From: an uncultured Gemmatimonadales bacterium
GTDB taxonomy: Bacteria; Gemmatimonadota; Gemmatimonadetes; Longimicrobiales; Longimicrobiaceae
DNA length: 64,000 nucleotides
Assembly: GCA_963716255.1 (NCBI GenBank)
Contig: OY970303.1
Coordinates: 4,320,001-4,384,000 of the forward strand
Direction: 5' to 3'
Part shown: positions 1 through 9,373 of the stretch, in pieces
Layout: the number at the start of each line of letters is the position of its first letter
How positions within the stretch are numbered: position 1 is the stretch's first letter
Notes under the pieces: generated by a model
Database searches by the model: none
What the model was told of the DNA's origin: nothing
Seen by the model: the letters and a program-made list of their open reading frames with translations, nothing else
Program-made: the position numbers and the translations under genes

Positions 1-750
1 GAGCGGCAGTACGTCCCGGACGGCGGGCAGCGCTGGACGACGCTGGAGGCGCTCCGCCGCACGCACCGCAACGCGCTCCGGCGGATCGAGCCGGACCTCC
101 TCGGCATCGGCACGGAGCCGCGGTTCGGCATCGGCCAGCGGGCGCTGCTGGTGCGCACGCCGGGCGGCGGCGTGCTCTGGGACTGCGTCGCGCTGCTGGA
201 CGATGCGACGGTGGACGTGCTCCGCGCCCTCGGCGGGCTGCGCGCGGTCGCCATCTCGCACCCGCACTACTACACGACCATGGTGGAGTGGGCGCGCGCC
301 TTCGGGTGCCCCGTCCTTCTCCACGCGGCGGACCGCGAGTGGGTGATGCGCCCCGATTCCGCGATCCGCTTCTGGGACGGCGAGACGCTCGGGCTGGACG
401 AGGTGGGGGTGGAGGGGGTGACGCTGGTGCGCTGCGGGGGACACTTCGCGGGCGGGACGGTGCTGCACTGGGCTGGCGGCGCGGAAGGGCGGGGGGCGCT
501 GCTCTCCGGCGACGTCCTCCAGGTGGTCCCGGACCGGCGCTGGGTCAGCTTCATGCGCAGCTATCCCAACCTGGTCCCGCTGGACGCCGCGAGCGTGGAG
601 CGCATCGCCGCCGCCGTGGAGCCGTTCGAGTTCGACCGCGTCTACGGCGCCTGGTGGGACCTGCACGTGGAGGCGGACGCGAAGGCGGCGGTGGCGCGCT
701 CGGCCGCCCGCTATGTCGCCGCCATCCGCGGGGCGTACGCGTCGAGCTGA
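1..750 (+). CDS. MBL-fold metallo-hydrolase (5'-partial)
   Basis: Frame open from base 1 (ERQYVPDGGQRW...); motifs SHPHYY, GHFAG, LLSGD. Confidence 0.85.
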   Translation, partial: ERQYVPDGGQRWTTLEALRRTHRNALRRIEPDLLGIGTEPRFGIGQRALLVRTPGGGVLWDCVALLDDATVDVLRALGGLRAVAISHPHYYTTMVEWARAFGCPVLLHAADREWVMRPDSAIRFWDGETLGLDEVGVEGVTLVRCGGHFAGGTVLHWAGGAEGRGALLSGDVLQVVPDRRWVSFMRSYPNLVPLDAASVERIAAAVEPFEFDRVYGAWWDLHVEADAKAAVARSAARYVAAIRGAYASS

Positions 751-782
751 TCCCGGATGCGGCCGGAACGACCTTGTATGGC

Positions 783-847
783 GGGTTCGGGCGTGCCCCC
801 GCAAGCTGCCGCGGGGTCTCACCCCTTCGGGCCGTAATCCCTCACGC
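783..847 (-). repeat. Family A element, internally deleted copy (A0)
   Basis: Keeps the GCGTGAGGGAT 5' end and GGCACGCCCGAACCC 3' end but lacks the central CTCCGT hairpin region. Confidence 0.8.
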
Positions 848-870
848 GACCGCCGGCCCGCCTCCCCGCT

Positions 871-2037
871 CTACAATCCGTCGCGCAGCACCCGCAGGGC
901 GGCGCGCTCCAGCACGTCCACCGCCACGGGGAGCGCGTCCTCGCACACGTCGAAGCGCGGCGAGTGGTGCGGGTGGACCTGGCCGCGCTCCTCGTTCCTG
1001 GCGCCCACGAAGAAGTAGCAGCCGGGCACGCGCAGCAGGAACTCGCCGAAGTCCTCGGCGGCCATGGTGCGCACGTCGGGGTCGGTGCGCACCCGGTCCC
1101 TGCCCACCACCTCCTCGGCGGCCGTGCGCACGGCCTCGGCGGCGCGCGGGTCGTTGAGGGTGGGCGGGGTGTTCTGGTCGTAGTGGAAGTCGTACGTGGC
1201 GCCCATGGCCTGGCAGACGCCGGCCACCACGCGCTCGATCCGCCGCGGCAGCTCGTCGCACAGCTCGGGGGTGAAGGCGCGCGCCGTCCCCCGCAGCCGG
1301 GCGGTGTCGGCGATGACGTTGAACGCCTCGCCGGCCTGGAACGCTCCCACCGACACCACCGCCGACTGGAGCGGCGACACGCCGCGCGACACCACGCTCT
1401 GCAGCGCGACCACCACCTGGCTCGCCGCCAGCACGGCGTCGATCGTCTCGTCGGGGATGGCGCCGTGGCCGCCGCGCCCGCGGACCGTGATCTCGAAGTC
1501 GGCGGCGGAGGCCATCAGCGGCCCCGGCACCACGCCCACCACGCCGCTGGGCAGACCCGTCCACACGTGCAGCCCCAGCGCGGCGTCCACGCCCTCCAGC
1601 ACGCCCTCGTCCACCATGCGCCGTCCGCCGCCGCCGCCCTCCTCCGCCGGCTGGAACACGTACTTCACCGTCCCCGGCCAGCGGTCGCGCGAGGCGGCCA
1701 GCCGCTCGGCCACGGCCAGCCCGATGGCGACGTGCGCGTCGTGCCCGCAGGCGTGCATCACCCCCGCGTGCGTGGACACGAAGTCGTGCCCGCACTCCTC
1801 CACGATGGGGAGCGCGTCCATGTCGGCGCGCAGCAGGAGCGTGGGCCCGTCGCCCGCGCCGCCGCGCAGCGTCCCCACCACGCCGGTCTCCGCGATCCCC
1901 GTCCTCACCTCGTAGCCGGCGGCGCGCAGGCGCTCGGCGACGATCCCGGCGGTGCGGTGCTCCTGGAACCCCAGCTCGGGGTGCCGGTGAAGGTCGCGGC
2001 GGGTGCGGATCAGCAGCTCGGTCTCGGCGGTGGCCAT
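871..2037 (-). CDS. M20D family amidohydrolase
   Basis: RRDLHRHPELGFQE, RADMDALP, MHACGHD, FQPAEE, AEDF, HHSPRF motifs; ATG at 2037. Confidence 0.92.
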   Translation of the reverse strand: MATAETELLIRTRRDLHRHPELGFQEHRTAGIVAERLRAAGYEVRTGIAETGVVGTLRGGAGDGPTLLLRADMDALPIVEECGHDFVSTHAGVMHACGHDAHVAIGLAVAERLAASRDRWPGTVKYVFQPAEEGGGGGRRMVDEGVLEGVDAALGLHVWTGLPSGVVGVVPGPLMASAADFEITVRGRGGHGAIPDETIDAVLAASQVVVALQSVVSRGVSPLQSAVVSVGAFQAGEAFNVIADTARLRGTARAFTPELCDELPRRIERVVAGVCQAMGATYDFHYDQNTPPTLNDPRAAEAVRTAAEEVVGRDRVRTDPDVRTMAAEDFGEFLLRVPGCYFFVGARNEERGQVHPHHSPRFDVCEDALPVAVDVLERAALRVLRDGL

Positions 2038-2107
2038 CTGTCTTCCAGCGGGCTCGGGTCGATGCGACGTGGGAACGGAAGACGATAGCGCCGCGGCGGA
2101 CGCGGGG

Positions 2108-2947
2108 TCAATCGCGCTCCGTCTCCAGGCGGGCGACGACGGGCGCGCACCCGCTGGACTCCAGCATCCGCGACGCCAGGTCCACGCGCGGCCACGGGTG
2201 CGGCGCGGTGCGGACGTACACCTCGCCGTCGCCGCGGGCGACGGACTCCGCCACGATGCCGGCGCGGGCCAGCGTGCGGGCCAGGAAATCGTCCTCGGCG
2301 CAGCGGCCCGCGGCGGCGAGCACCCAGCGGTGCGCCCGCCGGTCGGTCTGCGCGGCGGCGGCGGGGCGGGGGAGCTCGCCGCGCACCATCTCCCCCAGCA
2401 GCGCGGCGGCGGTCGCGGCACCGCCCGCGCCGGGACCGGAGAGCCGCACCGAGCCGTTCAGCGCGCTCGCCACCACCACCGAGGTCTCTTCGAGCCGTGT
2501 GAGGCCGAGGCCCGATCCGGGCGCCACGACGGTGGGCTCCACGGACGCCACGACGCCGTCGTCCGTGTACACGCACTCCGCCACCAGGCGGAGCACGCCG
2601 CCGGACGCCGCGGCCGCGCGGGTGAGCCGGTCCGCGCCGGCGGCGATGCCGCGCCGCCGCACCTTCACCCGGTCCGGGGCGATGCCGAAGGCCAGCCACG
2701 CCAGGACGCGGAGCCTGTCCGCCGCGTCCTGCCCGGACACGTCGCGCTCCGGGTCCGCCTCCGCGAAGCCGCGGGCCTGCGCGTCCGCCAGGGCGTCGGC
2801 GTAGCGCCACCCACCGGCGAGGCGGGTGAGGACGTAGTTGCTGGTGCCGTTGAGGATGCCGCGGACCGCCGTGATCCCGGCGAGCGCCGCGCCGTTGTCC
2901 AGGCCATACTCCTGCGGCGGCTCCGCTTCGCTCGCCGTGACGGTCAT
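2108..2947 (-). CDS. Homoserine dehydrogenase-like protein lacking the N-terminal NAD-binding domain (possible pseudogene)
   Basis: GILNGTSNY, AQARGFAEADP-DVSG-DAA and GPGAG motifs; no GxGxxG Rossmann region; AGGAGAG RBS before ATG 2947. Confidence 0.75.
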   Translation of the reverse strand: MTVTASEAEPPQEYGLDNGAALAGITAVRGILNGTSNYVLTRLAGGWRYADALADAQARGFAEADPERDVSGQDAADRLRVLAWLAFGIAPDRVKVRRRGIAAGADRLTRAAAASGGVLRLVAECVYTDDGVVASVEPTVVAPGSGLGLTRLEETSVVVASALNGSVRLSGPGAGGAATAAALLGEMVRGELPRPAAAAQTDRRAHRWVLAAAGRCAEDDFLARTLARAGIVAESVARGDGEVYVRTAPHPWPRVDLASRMLESSGCAPVVARLETERD

Positions 2948-2973
2948 CGCTGGCTCTCCTGGTGCTGGATATG

Positions 2974-3011
2974 AAAAAGCCCCGGCCCTCTCGTGGGAGA
3001 GGGGCCGGGGC
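2974..3011 (-). terminator. Intrinsic terminator / attenuator hairpin upstream of hom-like gene
   Basis: GCCCCGGCCCCTCTC-CCAC-GAGAGGGCCGGGGC followed by TTTTT on the minus strand. Confidence 0.8.
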
Positions 3012-3042
3012 AGGGTGCCGGGCCGCCGTGGGCCGGCTGCGC

Positions 3043-3150
3043 TCAGTCGCTCGCGGTGTGCGTGCGTGCGCGCTCCTGTCCGCCTCTCCCGCGGGGAGGG
3101 CAGGCCATGGCGCACATGCGGCACGTCGTCGTCGCGAAGCAGGGGGTCAC
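3043..3150 (-). CDS. Putative leader peptide (35 aa; Thr/Cys/Met-rich)
   Basis: GTG start after GAGAGAG; MTPCFATTTCRMCAMACPPRGRGGQERARTHTASD; lies between two terminators. Confidence 0.45.
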   Translation of the reverse strand: MTPCFATTTCRMCAMACPPRGRGGQERARTHTASD

Positions 3151-3188
3151 GCGGGTGCTCTCTCGTCTCGGTCCGGATCGTGGACAAC

Positions 3189-3218
3189 AAAAAAGCCCGG
3201 GCAGCCGCGCCGCCGGGC
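3189..3218 (-). terminator. Intrinsic terminator directly after the SAM-II aptamer
   Basis: GCCCGG...CCGGGC hairpin followed by TTTTTTG on the minus strand. Confidence 0.75.
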
Positions 3219-3220
3219 AT

Positions 3221-3272
3221 CGCTGTTTAGCACTTGTTTTACGTGGCTGCAAGCGGCACAAATCACCACGGT
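3221..3272 (-). promoter_or_regulatory. SAM-II (SAM-alpha) riboswitch
   Basis: Minus strand CCGTGGTGATTTGTGCCGCTTGCAGCCACGTAAAACAAGTGCTAAACAGCG matches SAM-II hallmarks (CGUGG/CCACG P1, UGAUUU, UUGCA, GCUAAA pseudoknot); upstream of a Met/Thr pathway gene. Confidence 0.88.
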
Positions 3273-3326
3273 CGTCGGTTGTCTGCTTCAAGGGATAACC
3301 CCGGCGCCGCGGCGCGTCAACCCATC

Positions 3327-4067
3327 CTACCGGCCGGGGACGCGGAGCAGCGTCGTGTGGCGCTTCAGGAAGCGCAGGGCGAGGTAGAGCACCAGGCTCG
3401 ACCCGAAGAGCACCGCCCAGACCGGGTCCAGGAGCAGCCGGTTACGGACGACCCAGTCACCCCCGACCTCCAGCGCAGTAAAGCTGGCGATCACGCCGAA
3501 GAGGCCCGAGTACTCCCGGCGGAGGACGTTGCGGAGCGAGAAGGGGAGACTCGGCGGGGACCACCGGCGCGGATCGGGGAGGAAGGCGGACGTCCGCTGC
3601 GCCCAGGCGACGTATCCGGTGCCGAAGCTCGCCCGGAGGAACTCCTCTTCAGCGAACATGATGCGCTCGTAGTACAGCGCGAAGGCGAGCGCCACCAGCA
3701 CCGCGATCCACGCGTCGTGCAGGAACAGGGCGACTCCCATCCAGATGAGGAAGTTGCCGAGGTACAGGGGGTGGCGCACCACGGAGTACATCCCCGTGGT
3801 GTTGAGCTCGTCGGCCACCTGGGCATGGGTGTTCCGGCCGGAGGTTTTTTGCGGCGCGTGCCCCACGGTGAGCACGCGCACGGCGAGGCCCAGCATGGAC
3901 ACCCCCAGGCAGACGGCCTCCCATTCCAGGTCGTAGCGGTGCGAGCCGCCCCAGTACGAGAACCGGGAGAGCTGGCCCAGGAGAAGCGCGAAAAGGATGA
4001 GCGGAAGGTAGCTCCGCCAGCGGAACAGCCAGCCCCCACTGCGGACGAATTCTTCACGAAGCGGCAT
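3327..4067 (-). CDS. Isoprenylcysteine carboxyl/phospholipid methyltransferase family membrane protein
   Basis: LNTTGMYSVVRHPLYLG and EEEFL motifs; several TM helices. Confidence 0.85.
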   Translation of the reverse strand: MPLREEFVRSGGWLFRWRSYLPLILFALLLGQLSRFSYWGGSHRYDLEWEAVCLGVSMLGLAVRVLTVGHAPQKTSGRNTHAQVADELNTTGMYSVVRHPLYLGNFLIWMGVALFLHDAWIAVLVALAFALYYERIMFAEEEFLRASFGTGYVAWAQRTSAFLPDPRRWSPPSLPFSLRNVLRREYSGLFGVIASFTALEVGGDWVVRNRLLLDPVWAVLFGSSLVLYLALRFLKRHTTLLRVPGR

Positions 4068-4256
4068 CTGTCCATCCCGGGAGCAGGCGTCGGCGTGGCG
4101 CGAGCTGTCGTCCGCCCGCGGCTTGATTGGGTACCCGGAGCGGCATACGAGTTCCACCGGCGCCAGCCGGGCAGCCTCGGTGCCGCCCGCCCGAAACGCC
4201 GGTCGGCAGCCGCGGTGTCCTCCGCGGCTGCCGACCGCGCTCCGGCGTGGAGCGAC

Positions 4257-4835
4257 TCAGCTCTCCGGCCGGGGCGGCCGGGGCGCGTCGGCCCCGTCCG
4301 GCCCCATCGGTGGGCCTCCGGGCCCCATGGGCGCGCCTCCCGGCCCCCGCCGCATGCCGGCGCCGCCGCGGGGCGGACCCCCGGGGCCACCGCCCCGGCC
4401 CATGCCTCCCGGACCGCGGGGCCGCGCCACCATCTCCCACGCGGTGGCCTGCTGCTCGGGCGTCAGCACGGCGATGGCGTCGCGCAGCTCGGCGCGCGCC
4501 TGCTCCCTGGCCTGCCGCATGGCCTGCTCGCCCGGGCGCGCGTCCGCGGGGCGGGCGCCCTGCGCGGGCGCCGCCTCCCGGCGCCGCTCCATCACGGTGG
4601 TGCGCATGGCCTGCCGCCGCTCCTCCGCGCGCCTGGCGAGGCCGGCGAGCCGCACCACCTGCGCGTCGGTGAGCCGCAGCTCGCCGGTGTGTCCCAGGAT
4701 GAACCCCGCGGGGTTCGCGAGCGGCCCCATGGGAGGTCCGCCGGGCCCCGGACCCGGCCCGGACCGCTGCTGCGCCGCCGCGCCGGTGGCCGCCATGGCC
4801 AGGCCGAGCAGCGCCGCGAGTGCGAATCGTCTCAT
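4257..4835 (-). CDS. Secreted Spy/CpxP-like helical protein with Gly/Pro-rich tails
   Basis: Signal peptide MRRFALAALLGLAMAATGAAA; LRLTDAQ and LTPEQ motifs. Confidence 0.65.
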   Translation of the reverse strand: MRRFALAALLGLAMAATGAAAQQRSGPGPGPGGPPMGPLANPAGFILGHTGELRLTDAQVVRLAGLARRAEERRQAMRTTVMERRREAAPAQGARPADARPGEQAMRQAREQARAELRDAIAVLTPEQQATAWEMVARPRGPGGMGRGGGPGGPPRGGAGMRRGPGGAPMGPGGPPMGPDGADAPRPPRPES

Positions 4836-5022
4836 TCTTCCGTCTCCTCCGATGGTGTGTGTACGGCCGGCCGGCCGCGCCTGCATCCGATAGACGCGCG
4901 ACGTGCCCGAGACGTTAATCGCCGGGGGCCGTGGGCCCTCACCCGGCGGCCCTGGAGCCGCCACCCTCTCCCAAGTCCGGGAGCGGGGGCAACGGCTGGA
5001 TGTCGAGTACGGGTAAGCCGTT

Positions 5023-5157
5023 GCGTGAGGGATTCCGGCCCGAAGGGGCGAGACCCGCGGGCAGTTTCGCGGGGCTCGACTCCGTTGAGCAGCGTTGTTT
5101 GCTGCTCTACGGAGCCGAAGCCCGACCCCGGCGCCAGCCGGGGGCACGCCCGAACCC
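5023..5157 (+). repeat. Family A structured repeat (A1)
   Basis: GCGTGAGGGAT...GAGAC hairpin...CTCCGTT-GAGCAGC/GCTGCTC-TACGGAG...AGCCCGACC hairpin GGCACGCCC. Confidence 0.95.
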
Positions 5158-5273
5158 GAGCCGTCGATCCCGTCCCGGATCACTCCGTGCGCCGGGCGCA
5201 GAGGATGCATATACTGTCGGGAACCGCGACATCCCTGCCCGCGCCCCGTGTCACCCCACCGGAGGTGGTGCCC

Positions 5274-6950
5274 ATGCTTCACGCACGTCTGTCCCGCTTC
5301 GCCCTGCTCACGATGGTCGCGGCGGCGCTCGGCGCCTGCTCCGCGGAGCTCCCCACGCGCCCGGACGCGGTGCTCCCGCCGCAGGCCGCGCGGCGCAACG
5401 TGCTGGAGGCGTACAACGGCCGGATACGCATCGGGGTGGTCCCCGCCGCCGCGTCGGTCAAGATCGGCGGCACGGTCGCGTACGACGTGCGCGAGAAGGG
5501 GACGAGCGCGTACCTCGTTTCCGGCCTCGCGAACGAGCAGGTGACGGTGACGTGGAGCGCATCCGTGCCCGTGGCGGCCAACAACCGCCGGCTCCAGGTG
5601 GTCTGCACGACCAGCACCACGGACCGCGACCAGCGCGTCCTGGCGGGGACGGACGCGGGCTTCCCCTCCGCGTGGGAGTACGTGCCCACGGCGAGCTGCT
5701 GGCGCGTGTACATCGGGGAGCGGCCGCTCCCCATCGACGCGACCGCCGAGGCCGCCTACAAGCAGAACGTCGTCAACGCCGGCCTCGCCACCTCCGCCGC
5801 GCTGTGGAAGACGGTGAGCGCGACGGTGAACGAGCCGCGCTACGTCACCACCAAGACCACCGGGACGGCCGCCAGCTCGCGCAACCCGCCGCGCATCGCC
5901 GTGGCGACCACCGCGCGGGTGCTCGTCGCCGGCGCCCAGTACCGCGGCACTGCCGAGGTGATGCGCAACGGGGCGGGAGCGCTCGCGGGGATCAACGAGC
6001 TGCCCATGGAGGAGTACCTGTACGGCGTGGTGCCGCGCGAGCTGGGGCCCGCCACCTATCCCGAGGTGGAGGCGCAGAAGGCGCAGGCCGTCGCCGCCCG
6101 CACCTACGCGCACGCCAACCTGGGCAAGCGCTGGAGCGAGGGCTTCGACCTGGGCGCCACCGTCGCCGACCAGGTGTACGGCGGCGCCGCGGCCGAGCAC
6201 TCCGTGTCCACGGCGGCCGTGAACGCCACGGCGGGGATCGTCGCCACCTACAACGGCGCCATGATCAACGCGCTGTTCTACGCCACCAGCGGCGGCCGCA
6301 CCTCCAACAGCGAGGACGTGTTCACGGCCGCGGAGCCCTACCTGCGCAGCGTGTGGGACGCGCCCGCCGGGCAGGAGCTGCCGTCCACCGCCGCGCTGCT
6401 CACGGACCTCAGGACCCCCACGTGGACGGGCGCGTACGGTGGCTTCCACAGCTACCACCGCTGGAGCTACACGTGGACGATGGCGCAGATGAGCTGCGTG
6501 ATCGGCGACTTCGCCAACCAGCCGGTGGGGAAGGTGACGGCCATCAACGTCGTGGGCCGCGCCGCCTCGGGCCGGGTGACTCAGATCGAGTACGTGACCG
6601 AGGCGGGGACGTTCACCGACAGCAGGGGCGCCATCCGCTCCTCGCTGGCCTACATCAGCTCGTCGGGCGTGCCCACGCTGCTTCCCAGCAACCTTTTCGT
6701 CGTGGAGCGGGTGACCGACGCGTCCGGCAACCTCACGGGCTACGCGGTCTACGGCGGCGGCAACGGGCACGGGGCGGGGCTGGCGCAGACCGGCGCGGTG
6801 GGGATGGCGCGGGCGGGCCACACGTACGCGCAGATCCTCCAGAAGTACTACACGGGGATCCAGCTGGAGCAGAAGGTGGGCACGCGTCGCAACGGGTCCG
6901 TGGGCGGGTCCGGCACCGTCACCGATCCGTACGACTGCACCAGTGCGTGA
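5274..6950 (+). CDS. SpoIID/LytB domain lipoprotein (lytic transglycosylase-like)
   Basis: Lipobox LGAC; EEYLYGVVPRE, KAQAVAARTYA, DQVYGG, GNGHGAGLAQTGA, ILQKYY; GGAGG RBS. Confidence 0.88.
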   Translation: MLHARLSRFALLTMVAAALGACSAELPTRPDAVLPPQAARRNVLEAYNGRIRIGVVPAAASVKIGGTVAYDVREKGTSAYLVSGLANEQVTVTWSASVPVAANNRRLQVVCTTSTTDRDQRVLAGTDAGFPSAWEYVPTASCWRVYIGERPLPIDATAEAAYKQNVVNAGLATSAALWKTVSATVNEPRYVTTKTTGTAASSRNPPRIAVATTARVLVAGAQYRGTAEVMRNGAGALAGINELPMEEYLYGVVPRELGPATYPEVEAQKAQAVAARTYAHANLGKRWSEGFDLGATVADQVYGGAAAEHSVSTAAVNATAGIVATYNGAMINALFYATSGGRTSNSEDVFTAAEPYLRSVWDAPAGQELPSTAALLTDLRTPTWTGAYGGFHSYHRWSYTWTMAQMSCVIGDFANQPVGKVTAINVVGRAASGRVTQIEYVTEAGTFTDSRGAIRSSLAYISSSGVPTLLPSNLFVVERVTDASGNLTGYAVYGGGNGHGAGLAQTGAVGMARAGHTYAQILQKYYTGIQLEQKVGTRRNGSVGGSGTVTDPYDCTSA

Positions 6951-6966
6951 CCAGCTCCTGAACGGC

Positions 6967-7101
6967 GGGGTCGGGCGTGCCCCCGGCTGGCGCCGGGGTC
7001 GGGCTTCGGCTCCGTAGAGCAGCAAACAACGCTGCTCAACGGAGTCGAGCCCCGCGAAACTGCCCGCGGGTCTCGCCCCTTCGGGCCGAAATCCCTCACG
7101 C
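6967..7101 (-). repeat. Family A structured repeat (A2)
   Basis: Near-identical inverted copy of A1 with the same variable stem. Confidence 0.95.
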
Positions 7102-7104
7102 GAC

Positions 7105-7155
7105 GGCGCCCCCACCGGGATCTCCCGGCGGGGGCGCCTTGCGTACTCCGTACTG
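7105..7155 (-). repeat. Family C palindrome
   Basis: AGTACGGAGTACG...GCGCCCCCGCCGGGAGATCCCGGTGGGGGCGC; similar copies at 52311 and 55578. Confidence 0.7.
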
Positions 7156-7181
7156 CCGTTCACTTTCGCACTGCGGTTCCG

Positions 7182-7796
7182 TCAGCTCACCGCTTTCCCG
7201 TCGCGGTACACCTGCACCCCGTCCGCGACGCCGTGCAGGAGCAGGCGCGCGCCCCGGCCGCCGTAGGCGCGCATCAGGTCCACCATCATCGGCTCCTCGC
7301 CGTGCCAGGGGAAGGCGTACACCACGTCGAAGTCCTCCAGCGGGTGCATCAGCGCCGGGTACGCCGAGCTGCCGTCGCCGATGGTGCCCAGGCGGCCGTC
7401 GCCGCCGCTGGGGCGGTAGCGATAGCCGGCGGGGATGAAGCTTCCCGCCACGAAGCGGGCCTCCGAGCCGTAGCGGGAGGCCAGGGCGCGGGCCGTCTCC
7501 ACCAGCTCCGGGTCCAGCTCGATCCCGTACGCCTCGAAGCCCAGCAGGTCGGCCATGATGGTGATGACGCCCGTCGCCGAGCCCCACTCCAGGAAGCGCA
7601 GCCCGGGACCGCGCATCTTCAGCAGCGCGTCCAGCACGCGGTCGTAGTCGGCGGCCACGAAGGGGTGGAAGTCCTTGCTGCGCACCTCGTGGTCGAACCG
7701 GTCCCACATCTCGCGGCCCTCCTCGCACAGCGACTCCAGCCGCTCGCGCAGGGCGGGGTCCAGCACGGTCCCGGGGGACGTGGCGCTCGCGTCCAC
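7182..7796 (-). CDS. Class I SAM-dependent methyltransferase-like protein
   Basis: FLEWGSATG motif I, AYGIE, FDVVYAF. Confidence 0.75.
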   Translation of the reverse strand: MDASATSPGTVLDPALRERLESLCEEGREMWDRFDHEVRSKDFHPFVAADYDRVLDALLKMRGPGLRFLEWGSATGVITIMADLLGFEAYGIELDPELVETARALASRYGSEARFVAGSFIPAGYRYRPSGGDGRLGTIGDGSSAYPALMHPLEDFDVVYAFPWHGEEPMMVDLMRAYGGRGARLLLHGVADGVQVYRDGKAVS

Positions 7797-7804
7797 GACC
7801 GCCC

Positions 7805-8062
7805 TCAGCCGGCGGCCGTGTCGTCGTCCCGATCGCCGCCCTCGGCTCCGTCCTCGCCCTCGTCCTCCGTCCCGGTCTCCGTCTCGCCCTCGCCTCCGTC
7901 CTCCATCCCGGCCTCGTCCGGGTCGACGTACAGCGAGTTGCCGTACTCGTCGGTGCCGGCCTCCTTCCTCAGGCGCTTCTTCTCCGCCTTCTCGTCCTTC
8001 TTCTTCTGCTTCTCGAGCTCCTTCTGCCGCTTCTCGAAGCCATAGTTCGGTCGTCGCGCCAT
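7805..8062 (-). CDS. Small hypothetical protein (basic N-terminus, acidic C-terminus)
   Basis: GGAGA RBS then MARRPNYGFEKRQKELEKQKKK... Confidence 0.7.
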   Translation of the reverse strand: MARRPNYGFEKRQKELEKQKKKDEKAEKKRLRKEAGTDEYGNSLYVDPDEAGMEDGGEGETETGTEDEGEDGAEGGDRDDDTAAG

Positions 8063-8090
8063 ATTCTCCAATCCGTTGTTCGGGTATGTC

Positions 8091-9251
8091 CTACCGGTCG
8101 CGGTCCAGCATGCCGCCCTCGTGCACGGCGTGGTCGCGCGCGGCCTCCCGCGTGGCCTCGTTGCGCTCCGACTTCTCGTACTCCTCGCGGATGCGCGCCA
8201 TCATCTCGTCGCGCCGGTCGAAGAGGCGGCGGGTGGGGCGCGGCGCGTGGTTGTCCAGCGCGTACGCCGCCAGGATGGGGAGCGCCACGGTGCTGTCCAG
8301 GTAGCAGACCACTGCGTCCGGGAGGCGGTCCGGGTCCACCTTGCCCCAGCTCACCGCCTCCGCCGGGGTGGCGCCGGAAAGGCCGCCGGTGTCCGGGCGC
8401 GCGTCGGTGACCTGGAGGAAGTAGTCGTGCCCCCGCTCGTCGATCCCCATCACCTCCTGGATCTGCGGCTCCGTCTGCAGCGCGAAGTTCTTGGGCGAGC
8501 CGCCGCCCAGGATCCAGATGGCGCTCTTGCCGCCGCTGCGCTTCGCGTCCAGCACGATCGCCGCCGTCTCGTTGACGTCCGCGTTGACGTCGAACATCAG
8601 CCGGTTCCCCTGCAGCGCCTTGGCCGCCACGTTCATCCCGATGGACGAGTCGCCCGGGGACGAGGTGTAGATGGGCACCGCGTGCTCGTACGCCGCCGCC
8701 AGCAGCGACTTGCGCCCGATTCCCAGCTCCGCCTCGCGCGCGGCCACGTACCGGCCGCACAGGTAGTGGAACTCCGCCGTGGACATGGGCCGCTGGAACT
8801 CCTCCGCGGCGATGATCTGCCGGAAGAAGGCGTCGGTGTCAAGCAGAACCGAGTAGTCGAAGAAGATGTCGTAGATGCGGACCACCTCTTCGTCGCGCAG
8901 CGTCACGTCCGACACGTGCGGGTTCCCCTGGCGGAGCTCCAGCCCGATCCCGAAGTGGGTGTCGTGGTACAGGTTGGCGCCGGTGGAGATGATCCAGTCC
9001 ACGAACCCGGCCTCGATCAGCGGGATCACCGCGCTCATCCCCAGCCCGGCCGGCGTCAGCGCCCCCGTCATCGTCAGCCCGATGGTGACGTCCTCGTCCA
9101 GCATCTTCTTCGTGAGCAGCAGGCACGCCTCGCGGAGCCGCGCCGCGTTGTACGCCTGGAAGGTCCCCTCCACCAGTTCGGTGACGGTCATCCCGGGGCC
9201 GATGGGCTTCGGGTCGATGCGCTTGCCGCTCAGGAACTTGCTCTGTGCCAT
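8091..9251 (-). CDS. Deoxyhypusine synthase-like (homospermidine synthase-type) protein
   Basis: [40 protein letters not shown] motifs. Confidence 0.9.
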   Translation of the reverse strand: MAQSKFLSGKRIDPKPIGPGMTVTELVEGTFQAYNAARLREACLLLTKKMLDEDVTIGLTMTGALTPAGLGMSAVIPLIEAGFVDWIISTGANLYHDTHFGIGLELRQGNPHVSDVTLRDEEVVRIYDIFFDYSVLLDTDAFFRQIIAAEEFQRPMSTAEFHYLCGRYVAAREAELGIGRKSLLAAAYEHAVPIYTSSPGDSSIGMNVAAKALQGNRLMFDVNADVNETAAIVLDAKRSGGKSAIWILGGGSPKNFALQTEPQIQEVMGIDERGHDYFLQVTDARPDTGGLSGATPAEAVSWGKVDPDRLPDAVVCYLDSTVALPILAAYALDNHAPRPTRRLFDRRDEMMARIREEYEKSERNEATREAARDHAVHEGGMLDRDR

Positions 9252-9373
9252 GGTCCGGACCGAAGTGCGTGGGTGCGAAAGAGCGAAACCACAGAAGGCG
9301 AAGGTGCGAGGGCGGCCGGCGGCGCGAGGATCACACGCCCGCGCTTCCGCACCTCGCACTTTCGCACTTTTTC

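Noticed and set aside
5023..5157. Family A as a cis-acting riboswitch
   Set aside because: Copies occur in both orientations, at 5' and 3' ends and between convergent genes of unrelated function
6848..7099. Recurrent peptides such as MRDFGPKGRDP... and REGFRPEGARP... as a small protein family
   Set aside because: They are translations of the family A repeat in different frames; indels and stem covariation show no codon-level constraint
3234..7163. Very long ORF-track entries (1238 aa plus strand, 968 aa minus strand) and similar shadow ORFs throughout the window
   Set aside because: Artefacts of stop-codon scarcity at high GC; they run through repeats and antisense to real genes. Only the motif-bearing portions were kept.
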